DNA of 64,000 nt. Source: Ascidiella aspersa (Eukaryota). Positions within the stretch are counted from its first letter, which is position 1, and each line of letters opens with the position of its first letter. Of the stretch, positions 37,620 to 51,152 are shown piece after piece. A program made the position numbers and the translations under genes. The DNA is taken from contig OZ004613.1 of assembly GCA_963924565.1 (NCBI GenBank), forward strand, positions 27,404,001 through 27,468,000. The letters are read 5' to 3'. Below the pieces are notes generated by a model. The model made no database searches, had not been told where the DNA came from, and worked only from the letters and a program-made list of their open reading frames with translations.

Positions 37620-39800
37620 TTATTCAATTTGTTTTTCATTTCGTTCATCTGTTCTTCGGTAGAAACAATTACAATTCATACAACTGATTGTCAACTTCTC
37701 TTTTCTGAGCTTCGAAATCTCTATCGCCGTATAAAACATTGTGAGCTTCTTCTTTACTGTTGTACAAAGCTTCGGTGTCTTCTTTTTTCTGATCTTTCGG
37801 TTTTGTCTGGCCGTATAAAATATTGTCGACTTCTTTTCTTTCGTCCTGATTCTACGAAGAGTAAACGGGATTGGATACAATTTCTCCTTTTTTAATATTG
37901 CCTGCAAATTCGCAGTTGTAATGTTTTTATCGTAACTTGAATACAAAACGTTGTTGGGCACTTCTCTTTCAACATGTAGTGCTGCGTCGAAGGGTTTTGT
38001 TTTATGTTCAGCAGACAGCTTTTGCCTTTTGCGTCTTCTAGTTATGAAGCACACAACAAAGATAACTAACAAGATTGCGACTCCAGTTAAAACCAAACCA
38101 ACAGCTAACCCCGTAGTGAAGGGTAACTGGCCATTTACTGGCATTGTTTGGCCTTGAGCTGAGGTTGAGTAACGAGTCGTTGAAGTAGACAGATAAAAAG
38201 CTTCCGTGTGAGGGTGAGCATTGCTTTGAACAGTTTTTATTAATGGTTTGAAGCCAGTGGTGGAAACTGCAATATCAATGACCTGCATAAAAGTTGTTGT
38301 CTGTTTTCTTGTTGAAATTAAATTCGATATTCTAGAAGTAGTACTTGCTGCTTGTGTTGATAACTTGGTGCTTGTAACTGCTAATTAAACAAAAATGATT
38401 AGTACTTGTTTAAATATATTATAAAAAACATTACTGAGATCAAGCTTAATAAAACATTCCAATCTTACTGCAATAGTCAATACTTAAAAATAAAATAATC
38501 CTTTGATTTTTAGGTTTGTTTTAACAGGTAAAATTTTTATTCAACATCATCATATCATCAGTGTTAAAATGCATGAAAGTTTTTTAATAGCGTCACAGAT
38601 TATTGCAGATGGAATGTAATATAAGCTTTACACAACAAAACGTAAACGATTTTACAAACTTTACCGGCAACTGAAAAGGAACTGTGATAACTCCCCCAAT
38701 GTTTTGTAGTAATCTCATTCTTGGTACTTCCATCGTATCTGCTTAATCCCTCGATGTTATGAACAATAACAGGCCTTCCACTATCTTAAGGAAATTTGCC
38801 ATTTTAGCTACCTAACATTACAATAAAACCTTTTGAACCATGATTGAGAAATAGAAATAATGTTGAAGGCCTTTAGTTCACTGAAATAAAATTAAAATCT
38901 TTTCAAATACCATAATATTAATTGCGGTATTTATTTTTCTTGACTAAAATCCTGACTAGTTGCTTTATTATTGGAAACAAGTTACGAAGCAAAGTATTTT
39001 GCCAAAAAAAGTAATTCCACGTTAAGTCACTTTCAATTAATAGCGCGCTAAGTGCAAGTGATATGCACACAAAAATAACTGTTACACTATTAAAACACCC
39101 TCGTCTCATTTTATCCAGAGAAGTGTTTTTCGAGCAAATACCAAAACCTAAACATAAAGCATGGAAACTGATTTACGTGCACAGGTAAAAATATAGACCC
39201 CTTGTGAAGATTTTGAACAGAAACCATGACATTTAGCTTTATGATTTTGTTGAGATCAAATTAATATTGATTGAAATCACATCAAGTCAAGACGTTTTCA
39301 AGCAGTGTTGGACTTGAGTGTATACAAGTCATTAAATACTAATATTTTGGCTACAGTTTCAAAAATCTAGTGTGTTATGAAAAACTTGTTATTGCAATTA
39401 CTTGTGATAACGCCGGCATGAATGGCCGCCTTGCAAATAGACGAGTCGGAAGTGTAAATATCGGTTCCCCAAACTCTTGTACTATCATTCCTGCATCCTT
39501 GTGGACAGATGACAGTGAATATTTGAACTTTCTGAATCAGCTTTTTTACTGCAAGAAACTGCAAATAAAGTTCAATGTTACCATTATCATGAAGAAATAT
39601 TTATAAAAACAATCATCTAAAGTAAACAAAAGGTGACCTCAACTGTTTACTGTTCAAGAACGCAAAATTCCTGTAGACTTGTTTATAGGAAGAAATATTT
39701 ACTGGCATAATTGTCATGCTATTAGCAAATTACCTGCACTGTTTACCAATAGGGGTAACGCAGTCCAAACCAATATCCACAAGAGTTGTTTTGTCTTCAT
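37620..39800 (-). pseudogene. LCCL receptor copy 2 with two frameshifts
   Basis: Exons 39734..39800 (MKTKQLLWILVWTALPLLVNSA), 39402..39558 (157 bp versus 159 bp: 2-bp deletion), 38665..38784 and 37620..38380 (16-bp deletion near 37912 shifts the tail frame). Confidence 0.8.
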
Positions 39801-41382
39801 TGCACGTTGTATCTGCCTTTCAATATGACGAAAGCAATTAAAGCCATAGATACTATTTGAAATAAACTTCTTACTTAATTAATTGTCTTCAAATCAACTC
39901 TTTCCTCGATAAAGGGATGCGCGGACAGTATTTGCCAAATATTTGTGATTATTGTCTTATTTTAGTCTTGTTTTGTCATATTTTAGTCCAACACTTCCTG
40001 CTTTTGTGATGCAGCAGAGTTCAATAAAGTTATGCTTAACTGAACTGCTTGACAGGCTATTGCCCGGTTTATATCAATCAAAAAATCATGACTACATCTG
40101 TTCCACAACCTTTTACGCTCCTTCATTATTCATGCAACTATGCGTAACTAAACCTACCTACGCTTTCTGTATACGTGTCTACAAGTGCGTGCCGACAATA
40201 ATAATAAGTTAATGTTTTTATATTGATTTAGTTTGTCGTTTATAAATTTCCCCATTAGTCTACCGATGTATACCTTTTTAAAAAAGTAACTGTAGGTTTC
40301 CTATGTTCGTCGGAATTCTCGCATATACTATAAATGCAACCATTAAAAGTAAAATGAAACAGGATGTACAAAGCTTCTCAAAAAGTAAAAAAAAAATGAA
40401 AAAAAAATAATGTTTTTTTTCTATGTAGGATACCCAAATGAAGAGTTTATGTCGACTATCTTTGACGTAATTTTGTGTAATTGGTGAAGTGAAAACAGGG
40501 ATCCTTCGGAATAAAATTCAGGCCACTTCACATAACGTTTATTCGCGACCCATTGCACAAACTTTAGTTGTACCATTTTGCTTTAAAATTCTCAAGTAAA
40601 TCTAAAACATACCAATTCTTGTTTTTTTATAGTGCATTTCGAGTGTTGCTTAATATTTTATTGATTACAGATCATAACCTTCCAAAAAGTAAATAATAGA
40701 GTAGTTGAATTAAGTAATTCTCACGAGTAACGTCACTTAAAAGGTATGGAACCACTGACATAAGGTCTGTAGCATTGTTGTAAAGACTTAAGGTAATGAC
40801 TTGACTTAAACTGTTTTAAATGACTTGAATTGACTTTAAGTCTTTTCAAATTACTCAGGTTGGAATGAACTGTTTTCCTTAAGTATGTTTTTTAAATTGA
40901 GCTATTTCTCAAAATGTTTGCACATAAAACAAATATTGTCTTTTTCTTACTTTTTAGTTCATTTATTGTTCATAATCGTACTATTTTAAAAGTTATAATA
41001 GTTTAACGTTTTATTTTTATGACAAGGACGTGACTTGAAGTTAACTTGCTCTAATTATGACTTGGCTGGGATTATTATGACTTGGTTATTAATTCAAAAA
41101 GACTTGCCTTGGACTTCAGTTATTTTAAAATGACATGTTTACCACACTGGTCTGTAGTATGATATTACTAATCAAGTAACAAAATTCCTGGCCATAATTT
41201 GACATCGCAGTAGCATACCTCGATTTATTGTCACTATTAAAGGTTACAAATAATAGCACAAAAACGCAAATGACAACGTCACAGGCACTAATGCCACAAA
41301 GACAGCACAAAAAACACAAAGCTAACATAGAGTAGGTGATAAGGCAAAAGAGTTGAAGTGGGTGTTCTGTGTTAATGTACAG

Positions 41383-42099
41383 CAGTGGTGAGTAATTATT
41401 TTTAGCCGCGGGCCGCATGAGGAAATTAAAATGCTGTGGCGGGCCGAGTCAAAAATAGGATCTGGAATACACGCAATATGACATCATACTAAAACAAAAA
41501 AGCTACCGAATTTGTTATTACATTTGGAGTTGTGCAAAAATTTGCAATTTAATTCGAATTTAAAGTGGGCCACAAGACGCGAAAAAATTGCGGCTATGTT
41601 TGTTTTAAAGTGCAAAATTTAATTTAGTTTTGGGGTTACGTGAAGCATTAAGCAGAGACAAAAAATGCACATTTCTTGATATATTTGCGTTTGTAGGGCG
41701 CGTTGACCCAAAAGTTTAGATTAAAATACGTAAAAATTCGGTACAAAAACGTACCATGTTTTTTCTTCTTTTTAAAGCTTCAAGTTACCGATGCGTTACA
41801 TGCGGTACAACGGCCACATTGCAAAGACAGTTTAATTTGGGAGAAATGCACAACAATTTTTCTGTAAAGATGCAAAACATCGCGTGGAACATACGAGAAA
41901 GACAGAAGACAATCGCGTAAAGCGGGAAAACAATTTTCGTTATAGTATTTAAATCAGGCTAAAAATCGAATTTGGCGGGGTCTTGACTAAATCCGTCAAC
42001 TTGCCCTTGTTTTCGGTTAGCTTATGTATTTTAAGCAAAATAGGCCGCAGGCCGGATTAAAATGCTTAGCGGGCCGTGCCGTATGTTGCCGCAATCTGG
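41383..42099. mobile_element. hAT (Charlie-like) MITE; 5'-truncated copies at ~28845-29535 and ~54135-54705
   Basis: Begins CAGTGGTG, has subterminal GCGGGCCG motifs at both ends, and ends ..GCAATCTG. Confidence 0.55.
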
Positions 42100-42332
42100 T
42101 CTACAGTGACCAAAACAAGACATGTTTGCGAATTAATTTTCGAAGACTTAAGATACTCGGACCAGGTGACTGTGGCTTGACATTTTGTTTCTAAGCAAAC
42201 AGTATGGAAATCATACGATTTTATAAATATTGTGTTTAAATGACGCTAAATTCGTACAATTATTTTGTAAATGAAGGTGCAATATGATAGAATATAGTTG
42301 TAAAGAGCTGATTGCAGTTGTCAAAGCAAGAG

Positions 42333-45300
42333 TTAAAAGTGATTTTGGTACACTGGCGTGTTGCTTTGACTTGACTCGACATTGGCAGGGATGGTTACAT
42401 ATTCTACTTCTGCCTTGGAGGGCAGTTGTGGGTTCATTTCGACGTAATCCCCATCTTTCGAATGAACTGGAAATACTGGATTGGGTTGAATGTAACCATC
42501 CTCTTCGTCAACATTTGACACTTTCCCTGTTAAAAATGCTCATATTGTTCGATTGTGTCTTTATTTGGTAAGCTTACAAACACTAGAAAAAGGGTCGTGA
42601 AAACCAAAAGGTTGGTAAGAATCGCTCACTCATGTTGCTGTATGCCTTGACCATGGACCAATGTTCTCATTCGTGGATCAGAGTTACCACCCGTATGATT
42701 ATATTTTTTGTTGATATTTAGACTACTGAATGACATATTGTTGCTTAAACAAATATTTTGCATTTAGATAACTTACTTTCGATATAGACATAGTTGTGGG
42801 GTTCTGATATTGCCAATGGATTTTCATTTGTAGTATCTTCTACTTGTTGGATTAATATCTGCTTCAGGCGACATCTGACACAAAGAACACAGTTCAGTAT
42901 TAGTGCAAACAGCCATTCTTCCCCTCCAAACTATGTTTTTGTCCATTTAAACTAGGCAAATGCATTTTTTCTTATGAGTTCAAATTATTGTCATACAAAT
43001 GCCCAATTTAATTAAATCGTTAGACCCAAAAGGCATCGTTCGTCCCCTCGCACCCTTCAAAATGGCAATTGGCATTTTAAACAATGTTTTTTCGCTGTGC
43101 GCGAATCGATACATCTTTGTAATGTAACTTTTTTATTGACAGTAACACCTCTGCAACCTAAAACTTTAACGAAATAAACGAACTTTAGGTTATATTTTCA
43201 TGACGTTACGTTTACATGATATTTCGTGTCATTTCGGAAAAAACTTTACGGTCCACCCCCAAATAAAAATCCTAGATCGGCACGGCTTATCGGTAATAAA
43301 AACATAAGGCAACTTAATTTTTTTTATTAAACCACAGAGGAGAATTCATCAGCTTATCCAGACAAAGGGATTGGGATATTAATATAACTCTATACAGCCG
43401 CTAAGTACACTTGCGTCACGTAAGGTACTTACCCTCTACAGCGCCACCACCAAAGGGCAGCAGAGATGCACAGGATGATAAGTAGTATTGCGGATATCGC
43501 AGCTATTACTGCAACGTTCGAACGTTCATTGATGTGTGTGTTTGCATCTGAAAATTCGGTAAAAACAAAACAAGATATACGTGAATTAAAGGTATAGTGG
43601 CCCTGAAGACAAATATGCAAATCTGATGACGTCACTGACAGTTTATACGTGATAAAAAAATCAGTAAAACTAAAATTATAAATCTACAAACTAAAAAAAT
43701 GTTAAATTTGTTCATTCTGTAGGCTATGTGATGTTAAGGACTCCAGCCATAAGACCGAAATAAGAATAACATTAAAATCAAAAATAAACACAGTTCGGAT
43801 GAAGATATGTCTAATACCTTATAGCCGTAACACCTTCTATATCGAAATAAGACCAAAATTTGGACATTGAGTCCTTATTCGGATGACTTTAGGACGTATT
43901 CCGGGTGGGTTTATGTCTTATTCAGACGATTTCGATCTTATGTTGTCATTATTGCGTACCGGTATTTGGCTTCATTATGTCGCTGATCTTAGTGCTATCA
44001 TATTGTAGATTTTTCTGGTTTAGGATTGTTGCTTTTTAGGTATTATTGTGTTCCCGATGTGAATTACTATTGTTTTCCCAAATATTATAATTCTAAGCAC
44101 CGTCCTATTTCTATTCGCGTTTGCCCCAATACCTGTCAAAGTTTGAACAGTTGGAGCCACAGACGCGGCGTTACTTTGATTGGTTAGCGGATGTGACTCG
44201 TTAGCTGTCGCTAACGAAGGAGCTAGAACTTAAACAGAGATGGGTTTAGAAAAACGAGACCCGAAGCACACTAAAGGTGTAAAATAAGAATATATCTCCT
44301 TGCCCGTATTACACTTAAATTACGACAATAACTCCAAATGGGAGCAAATATTCTTTAGACTTTCCTGTTTTGGTCAAAGTCAGTCATTTGTAAGTTCTAG
44401 TCATTAAAAAGGGAAATATATTTTACCACAAAATAAGGCATTATAAGTTTCTCTATTTGAATGAATCTACCATGTCAAAATATGGCATTTTAATCGGGCA
44501 TTGTAATTATAGGAATAACGTAATGAAACGAGAAAATTACAATATATTGTATTACAAAGAAAAACAACCTTTTAGAACAGGCGACAAAACGGGGTTGACT
44601 CTAATCAACAAATTATATAAGTGTATAGCTTTAGGGGAAAGCATGAAATACGTGGACATACTTCATTCATCGTTTTTGAAGTTCGCACGTTCTCTAAAGT
44701 CTAAATAATGTTTACGTTCAGGCGGCGAAATCTTTTGCGTTAGGCATGAGACAATATTTCACTGATACACAGTAGTATCAATAAAGAAAAACCTTTGGTT
44801 ACAACATTTCTGCATACCTTTTACAAAAAGTAATTTTAAATGTCAGATTGCCAAAATTATTTTTATAACCCAAGCATCGCCTAACGTTAGTTGTTGAAGG
44901 ATCTTGGGTTACTGGATTCGCAGAAGTGAATTGACTGGTGCTTGAAAGCGACATGGCGGAAGAGTGACGACACTAGAAGCCACGCTGAGTATTGCAAAAC
45001 AACGTGTGAACATTTATTATTTGTAAACCTGCTTGGGTACCCTATGCACGGATCTGTAACGTAGCTTGATAATGAATTGCAAAGCTAAAAAGGTCGAGTA
45101 TATCGCATCTCCTTGATAACGACGTTTCGATATGAACTTGTCTCATTTTCAAACTTGAACTTGTAACAATAACTGAAGATGATAAAAGTTTATATCGAAA
45201 CGTCTTAATCAAGATGATTTCAACCTACTCGGCCTTTTTGGCTTTGCAATTCAATATCAAAAAGCAATCCTACAAGGTCATACTTTAGAATGGTGTAACC

Positions 45301-48252
45301 CAAGAACAAGGCGACAAGCTAAAAAATGATAGAAAGCTATCCAGAGGTAACGTCGAATAACAACATTTGAACATTTTTAGAGAGACGTTGCAAAAGTTGA
45401 CGTTGCAAAGTTACGTCATGTCGGCTTTTAAAATAGGTAAGCTTTTCGAAATATTATCGTACGACGTTATGCACAAATATGCAACTGACAACCTAGTTTA
45501 AATGCATTTTATGGAAAATGGCAGGCTGGTTTGGTGAAAAAGCGACATAAACTGGTAAAAATAGAACATTTTTATACGTAAACGATGTACCTAAAGCCAT
45601 AATTTTACCGAAACGTGTAAAATAGTATAAACAAACGAATAAGAACCTTCGATGCGGTACACTGAAAGCCATCGCAGACCGAATCAGTCGATCAATGAGC
45701 AACAAAAACAACTAACCTGGAGTGTGGTTCGATTTTACGACCTCCGGCTATACCGGGACCGTTGCTCAAACAGGCACAGAGAGGAGCAAGTCGAGAAACA
45801 ACGATACGACAATGCTTGCTACATTATGTTAGTACAAGCAACTTCACATAGAAGGGATCTACAGTACCATATCATGTTTTTGGTTTTCGCTGTATTGCCT
45901 TTCGGCTGACTCCATCAATACAGCCATAAGGCTCGAAATGACATTTTAAATTACGCTTACCCTTACGTAGTACAAGCAACTTGACATTGTAGGGAATCTA
46001 CACAACCATATCTTCCTTCGGCGGAGTGTTTTCGTTTTTGCTGTTTTACCTTACGGACTTGAAGGAGTCACCCGAAAAGCGCCATGAGCCGCGAAATAAC
46101 ATTTTTAATTAATCTTACCCTTACTGCAAGTGTAAGTGACGTTCAAGTATTTCTTAACCGTTAAACAAGGGTCGCCAAATACATCATTCGTTGCGCTTAG
46201 CGTGCAGCTTGATTTACCGTCGCACGTTGATCTCACTATGTCCAACACATATGCATTTGAAGTGCATATTGTGAGAGTTGTTTTCTCACAGCTGAAATCG
46301 GAATCGTACAATTTTCACCTAATTAAAAATGTATTTAGTACCCCGTAGTAAAAATATCAAAACCCATACAAAAGTATAGGTATCATTTTAAACATTAAGA
46401 ATAACTCTTTATTCGTTTTTAATATTTTCAACATGAATAAAGATTTATTCGAAATGTTCAAATTGCTACCTACTTCCGCATTGGCTTAGATATTCTTATT
46501 ACGTCTTACTATAATCTCCAGCCATTATGCTCCAAAGTATGTAGTATCTCTTTAGGGCAAATATGTCATTGCATAGTTTTAGTACTGTCGCTGCGGGTAG
46601 TATAGATGGTAAAAATATTATTTTTATTTTATTTTGATGTTGTCTTACGTTTAACACGTTTGAAAATCAACGGTAACGGTAAGTGTACGTTAACTATTTC
46701 GCGATTATCGTCTATTTCGATCAATGATTTCCAAACTGTGTGCCTCGAGAGATTGTCAAGTGTGCTGTGAAACTTTTTTTAATTTCGGAAAAGAGAATTT
46801 TTGTATTGGCAATAGGCATACACGCAAGCAGACTCTATATACTGTTATTTATCTGTGGTTTCGCAACGGAGTTAAGTCTTTCCTTACATTGATGCATCGG
46901 TTCGTCCATAATTTGCACTCGTCACGTCAATATGATGATCTTGTAGACACTTGATTGTTAAAGTGTACCCCTCGCAGATGCTCAATGTAATTTGCCCTGC
47001 ATTAGTGAAATTAATAAAGGATAAAAAACAGTGTTATAATGACTGATGTTAATGACTTTATTGAGGTGAACCTAAGGTACTGTTTTAAAAAGACTTAATT
47101 TTCGTAAATTAGATTAATTAATCAACTTGAGTCATATGCGCCAGTGCGTTGATAATTACGTGCATTAACTGAATATATTCAGTAAAATTGGTTATTAAGT
47201 TAATTACAATGTATAAAAAATATTAAGCTATTTCTTTCGTTTCTGATTTTTGCTATGCAAAATATTGCTCATAATAGATTGTGATCAATGTCAACGAATT
47301 TTTAGTCTTAACGACGGTATTCGGATTTGAATTGTTAAATGACTTATGTATGAACTTAACTTGTTCAACCTAATCCCAATATATACAACAAATAACATGG
47401 AACGTAATGTATATTAAAATGGCCTACAGCATAGTAAAAGTAGGTGCAGGCTGTGATGTGACAAAATAAATCTTTAAAATAGCACGATATTTTCTTAATA
47501 TTAAAGTTGAATGGTGAAAAATACAGTCTCGTATGAAATTACGCATGTTTAACTATATCTGGTGTAGACCAAGATGTTACAACCTAATCATATATATTTC
47601 CATCAAATTGATGTTGCCATCACATTACTAAACAGTCTAGGTCCAATCGCATACCACTTGTCTTAAATCGTCGCCAGCTGTTGTATCGCATTAATTACCG
47701 CGCCGCTCTTGTTGATAAAATTGCAATTAACATTTCAAAATCTCGACCGAAGTAAGCGCATATTGCAGCAGCCATATTCCGTATAACTACGTCAGGTTAT
47801 GCGCGGCGCTGCTTTGCATTAGATCACCTTCCAGAAAGCCGTGGTTTACTTCTGATAGTATGTTTTGTTTTTAAACTTTTCTTTAATCTGCACCGCTTTC
47901 TTTCATATTATATTTTTTACCTTTTTATCAATTTTATTATTATTTTACTTTGTACAGTCAAACTTCGATGTGTATGTATTTTACTTTACTTGTCGGAACG
48001 GGCGATCCCAGTAGGCATATAGGCAAAATATATATTCCTTTATAAAAAAATCTCGTTTTACTCGGGGGTTTTAAACTTCGAACTCTATTGTCCTTATAAC
48101 GAGGAACGCAAACCTACTGTTGAATCTAAAGGAGTTTGTCATACAAAACAGTTATGTTAATAGTCAAGATACAAATTACCTGCAGCAAACTTTGCAATCC
48201 AAAGTAGATTAACCCAAACAAATATCATGAATAGTTGCTTTAAAATCTTCAT
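42333..48252 (-). CDS. SUEL/RBL type I membrane receptor copy 2 (canonical ANYGRTD and DPC..KYL motifs), ~307 aa
   Basis: complement(join(42333..42526,42777..42874,43433..43547,43960..44031,44133..44222,46119..46291,46888..46996,48180..48252)). ICEGYTLTIKC..SANYGRTDASICEKTTLTICTSNAYVLDIVRSTCDGKSSC..FGDPCLTVKKYLNVTYTC. Frame intact. Confidence 0.87.
45066..45260. mobile_element. Foldback MITE (unit-2-specific intronic segment)
   Basis: ttgataatgaattgcaaagc...gctttgcaattcaatatcaa, self-complementary over most of its length. Confidence 0.75.
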
Positions 48253-51152
48253 TACGTGGCCAATGCACCAGTAGTTTGATATGATTAAAACAGTAAAAGT
48301 ACTTTTTTATAAAAACTGAATAACTCAATTTCATTTAAATATAATAGTTCTCTTCTTTTAAACAGGCTGTGCTCAGTGCTTTTTACTATACTTATTTGCC
48401 ACGAAGTTGACTAAAGATAGACCTTATTATGCAGCCTTATTACCTTATCGTAAATCTTGTGCCTATAGTAGGGGTTTGACGCAGTATTTCCAATACGCCT
48501 TAGCAATAAGGAAATCATGACCACGTCAAACTGCCTATTCAACCTTTCACTTCCCCTTATTGTTCGTGCTGCTTTCTAATTCCCCATCATGTACTGTATT
48601 AATCTTATTTCCGCATTACTTTACACCTGACAACACTTACAGGTGTAAACCTTTTGATCAAGTATAAGAAATGTTCAGCTTTAAAACTTTAGCACGTGGA
48701 TACAATCTGAATCAGTCTTCTGTAAATATTGATAACGCAAAAGATATTCCAACTCACCTATATAGGATTTACCGTATCTTTCTACAATATTTTAGTTTTT
48801 ATCTCTCAGTGTTATTCGTTCAAGTTTTTCATAAATAAACCGATCAGATATCTGTAAAAATCAAATGCAATACAATCGACTTAAGGGGTTTGTATATTGC
48901 AACCGTTTCATGATAAAATTGGCTCAGTAAGAAAGGGTTCAGCCAATCAACTTTAATTTAATGACATTTTCAACCGCGGCATGTTTCAACAAGTGTCACA
49001 TCAGTTTAGTCAAACGTTTCCATACGAGAAAAAAACTAATGATCGCCTGTAGTTGATTATAGAAAGTAATATTATTCAAGTCTGTTTGACTAAGTTTTGG
49101 AAATTCGGCTAACAAAATGATATGGTGCCCCTCACCCCTTGGTGCAGTGTTCACGTGTTTATTTTGCTTAATGGTTGATCCAGAAATAATTAGTCAAACA
49201 GAGTTGAATAAAATTACGTTCTATAATCAACTACAGGCGATCATTAGTATATCACTGCTCTTGATTTACGTCGCAAGTGAAGATTCCTTATAGGCTTCTT
49301 TCGCTCTTTCGACAAGTTTAGACATGAATAAGGTTTCTTAGAAACGGTGACACACTGAATTACTAACAGCTTTAATTTAGCAAGGTATAGCACATGTCGC
49401 AAAACAATACACAGAAATAAATCGAACCCACATTTGCGATACAGAAGTCGCACACAGGATCATTGATACTCATAAATTTAAAGCGAGCCATGCGTTTGTT
49501 CGACAGTCAAGCTGTTGCAGTATAGTTCGCAATTAGAGGCCTTAATACTTTGGTGCCCTATATATGTAATTGAGGGTCAAGTTGTGATCAATTTTTTTGG
49601 AAATAATTCTCATACCTTTAAACATTTATTGCGAGGTTTAAGATGATACTTGAGAAAGAAAAATAAGTAAAATATTATTTCAACCTTGCTAATTTGAGGT
49701 CTGAGTCGTTTGACTATAGTTATTTCATTAAACATCGATTAGTCTATAAGGAACCTTTCACAACCGACTATTTTTGTCATGTTAATGTCTTTTTATTGCA
49801 TTTTGTCAAGTTTAAATACCCATAGGGCATGTAGTACTCGAATGTTAAATGTCGGCATATTAAAAACATTTCTTTGTGAATGCGATCAAAGGTATTTGCT
49901 GACCACTTATGTTTGCTGACATTAAAAATACTCGAGAACAGATTACCTTTTTATCAGTGAACACGCACACTCGCACAGTAACCAATTTCGCGATAAAGTG
50001 CGTTTTATTGGAGTTTATACTTGATGCTTAGCTACAGTAGATGCTTTAAGTTTTAATTAATTGTTAACGATAGTGCGACCTTACTGCCAGCCTCACTGAA
50101 TACAATAAAGTATGTATAGTCTCAGTATGTATATAATTTTGGTTACCAAACAGATACAATTATCTAAAACCGCAGAAATACGTGGGGCTAATACTAATAA
50201 ACCACTTAAGCGTGAAAATTAAGTGTGGGTATCTTTATCAGATTTTAAAATAAATGTTTTGATAACAGTTGCTCACCGTTATTCTTCAGACTGGCGTAAA
50301 ACTGTTAAAAAGTAAGTCTTTCATGAAATGCACGGAAGTATATGTCGCTGAGAATTATTGTTTTAGAAAATGACTTATTATGTTTTCTAATTTGTAGGAA
50401 AAATAGCTTCCATCACAGGAGTTGGGCGATAAATAAGTTTTTTTTCCATTAAACATTTTATAAAGCTAAAATAAGTTGTTTTGGTTATTCAATTTGTTTT
50501 TCATGTCGTTCATCTGTTCTTCGGTAGAAACAATTACAATTCATACAACTGATTGTCAACTTCTCTTTCTGAGCTTCTAAATCTCTATCGCCGTATAAAA
50601 CATTGAGCTTATTCTTTATTGTTGTACAAAGCTTCGGTGTCTTCTTTTTTCTGATCTTTCGGTTTTGTCTGGCCGTATAAAATATTGTCGACTTCTTTTC
50701 TTTCGTCCTGATTCCACGAAGAGTAAACGGGATTGGATACAATTTCTCCTTTTTCAATATTGCCTGCAAATTCGTACGCGTTGTCAGATGCAGTTGTAAT
50801 GTTTTTATCGTAACTTAAATACAAAACGTTGTTGGCCACTTCTCTTTCAACATGTAGTGCTGCGTCGAAGGGTTTTGTTTTATGTTCAGCAGACAGATTT
50901 TGCCTTTTGCGTCTTCTAGTTATGAAGCACACAACAAAGATAACTAACAAGATTGCGACTCCAGTTAAAACCAAACCAACAGCTAACCCCGTAGTGAAGG
51001 GTAACTGGCCATTTACTGGCATTGTTTGGCCTTGAGCTGAGGTTGAGTAATGAGTCGTTGAAGTAGACAGATAAAAAGCTTCCGTGTGAGGGTGCGCATT
51101 GCTTTGAACAGTTTTTATTAATGGTTTGAAGCCAGTGGTGGAAACTGCAATA

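Larger units (their letters stand above)
36895..49762. repeat. Tandem segmental unit 2
   Basis: Junction aggaacctttcac|aaccgactattttt at both ends; colinear with units 1 and 3. Confidence 0.95.
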
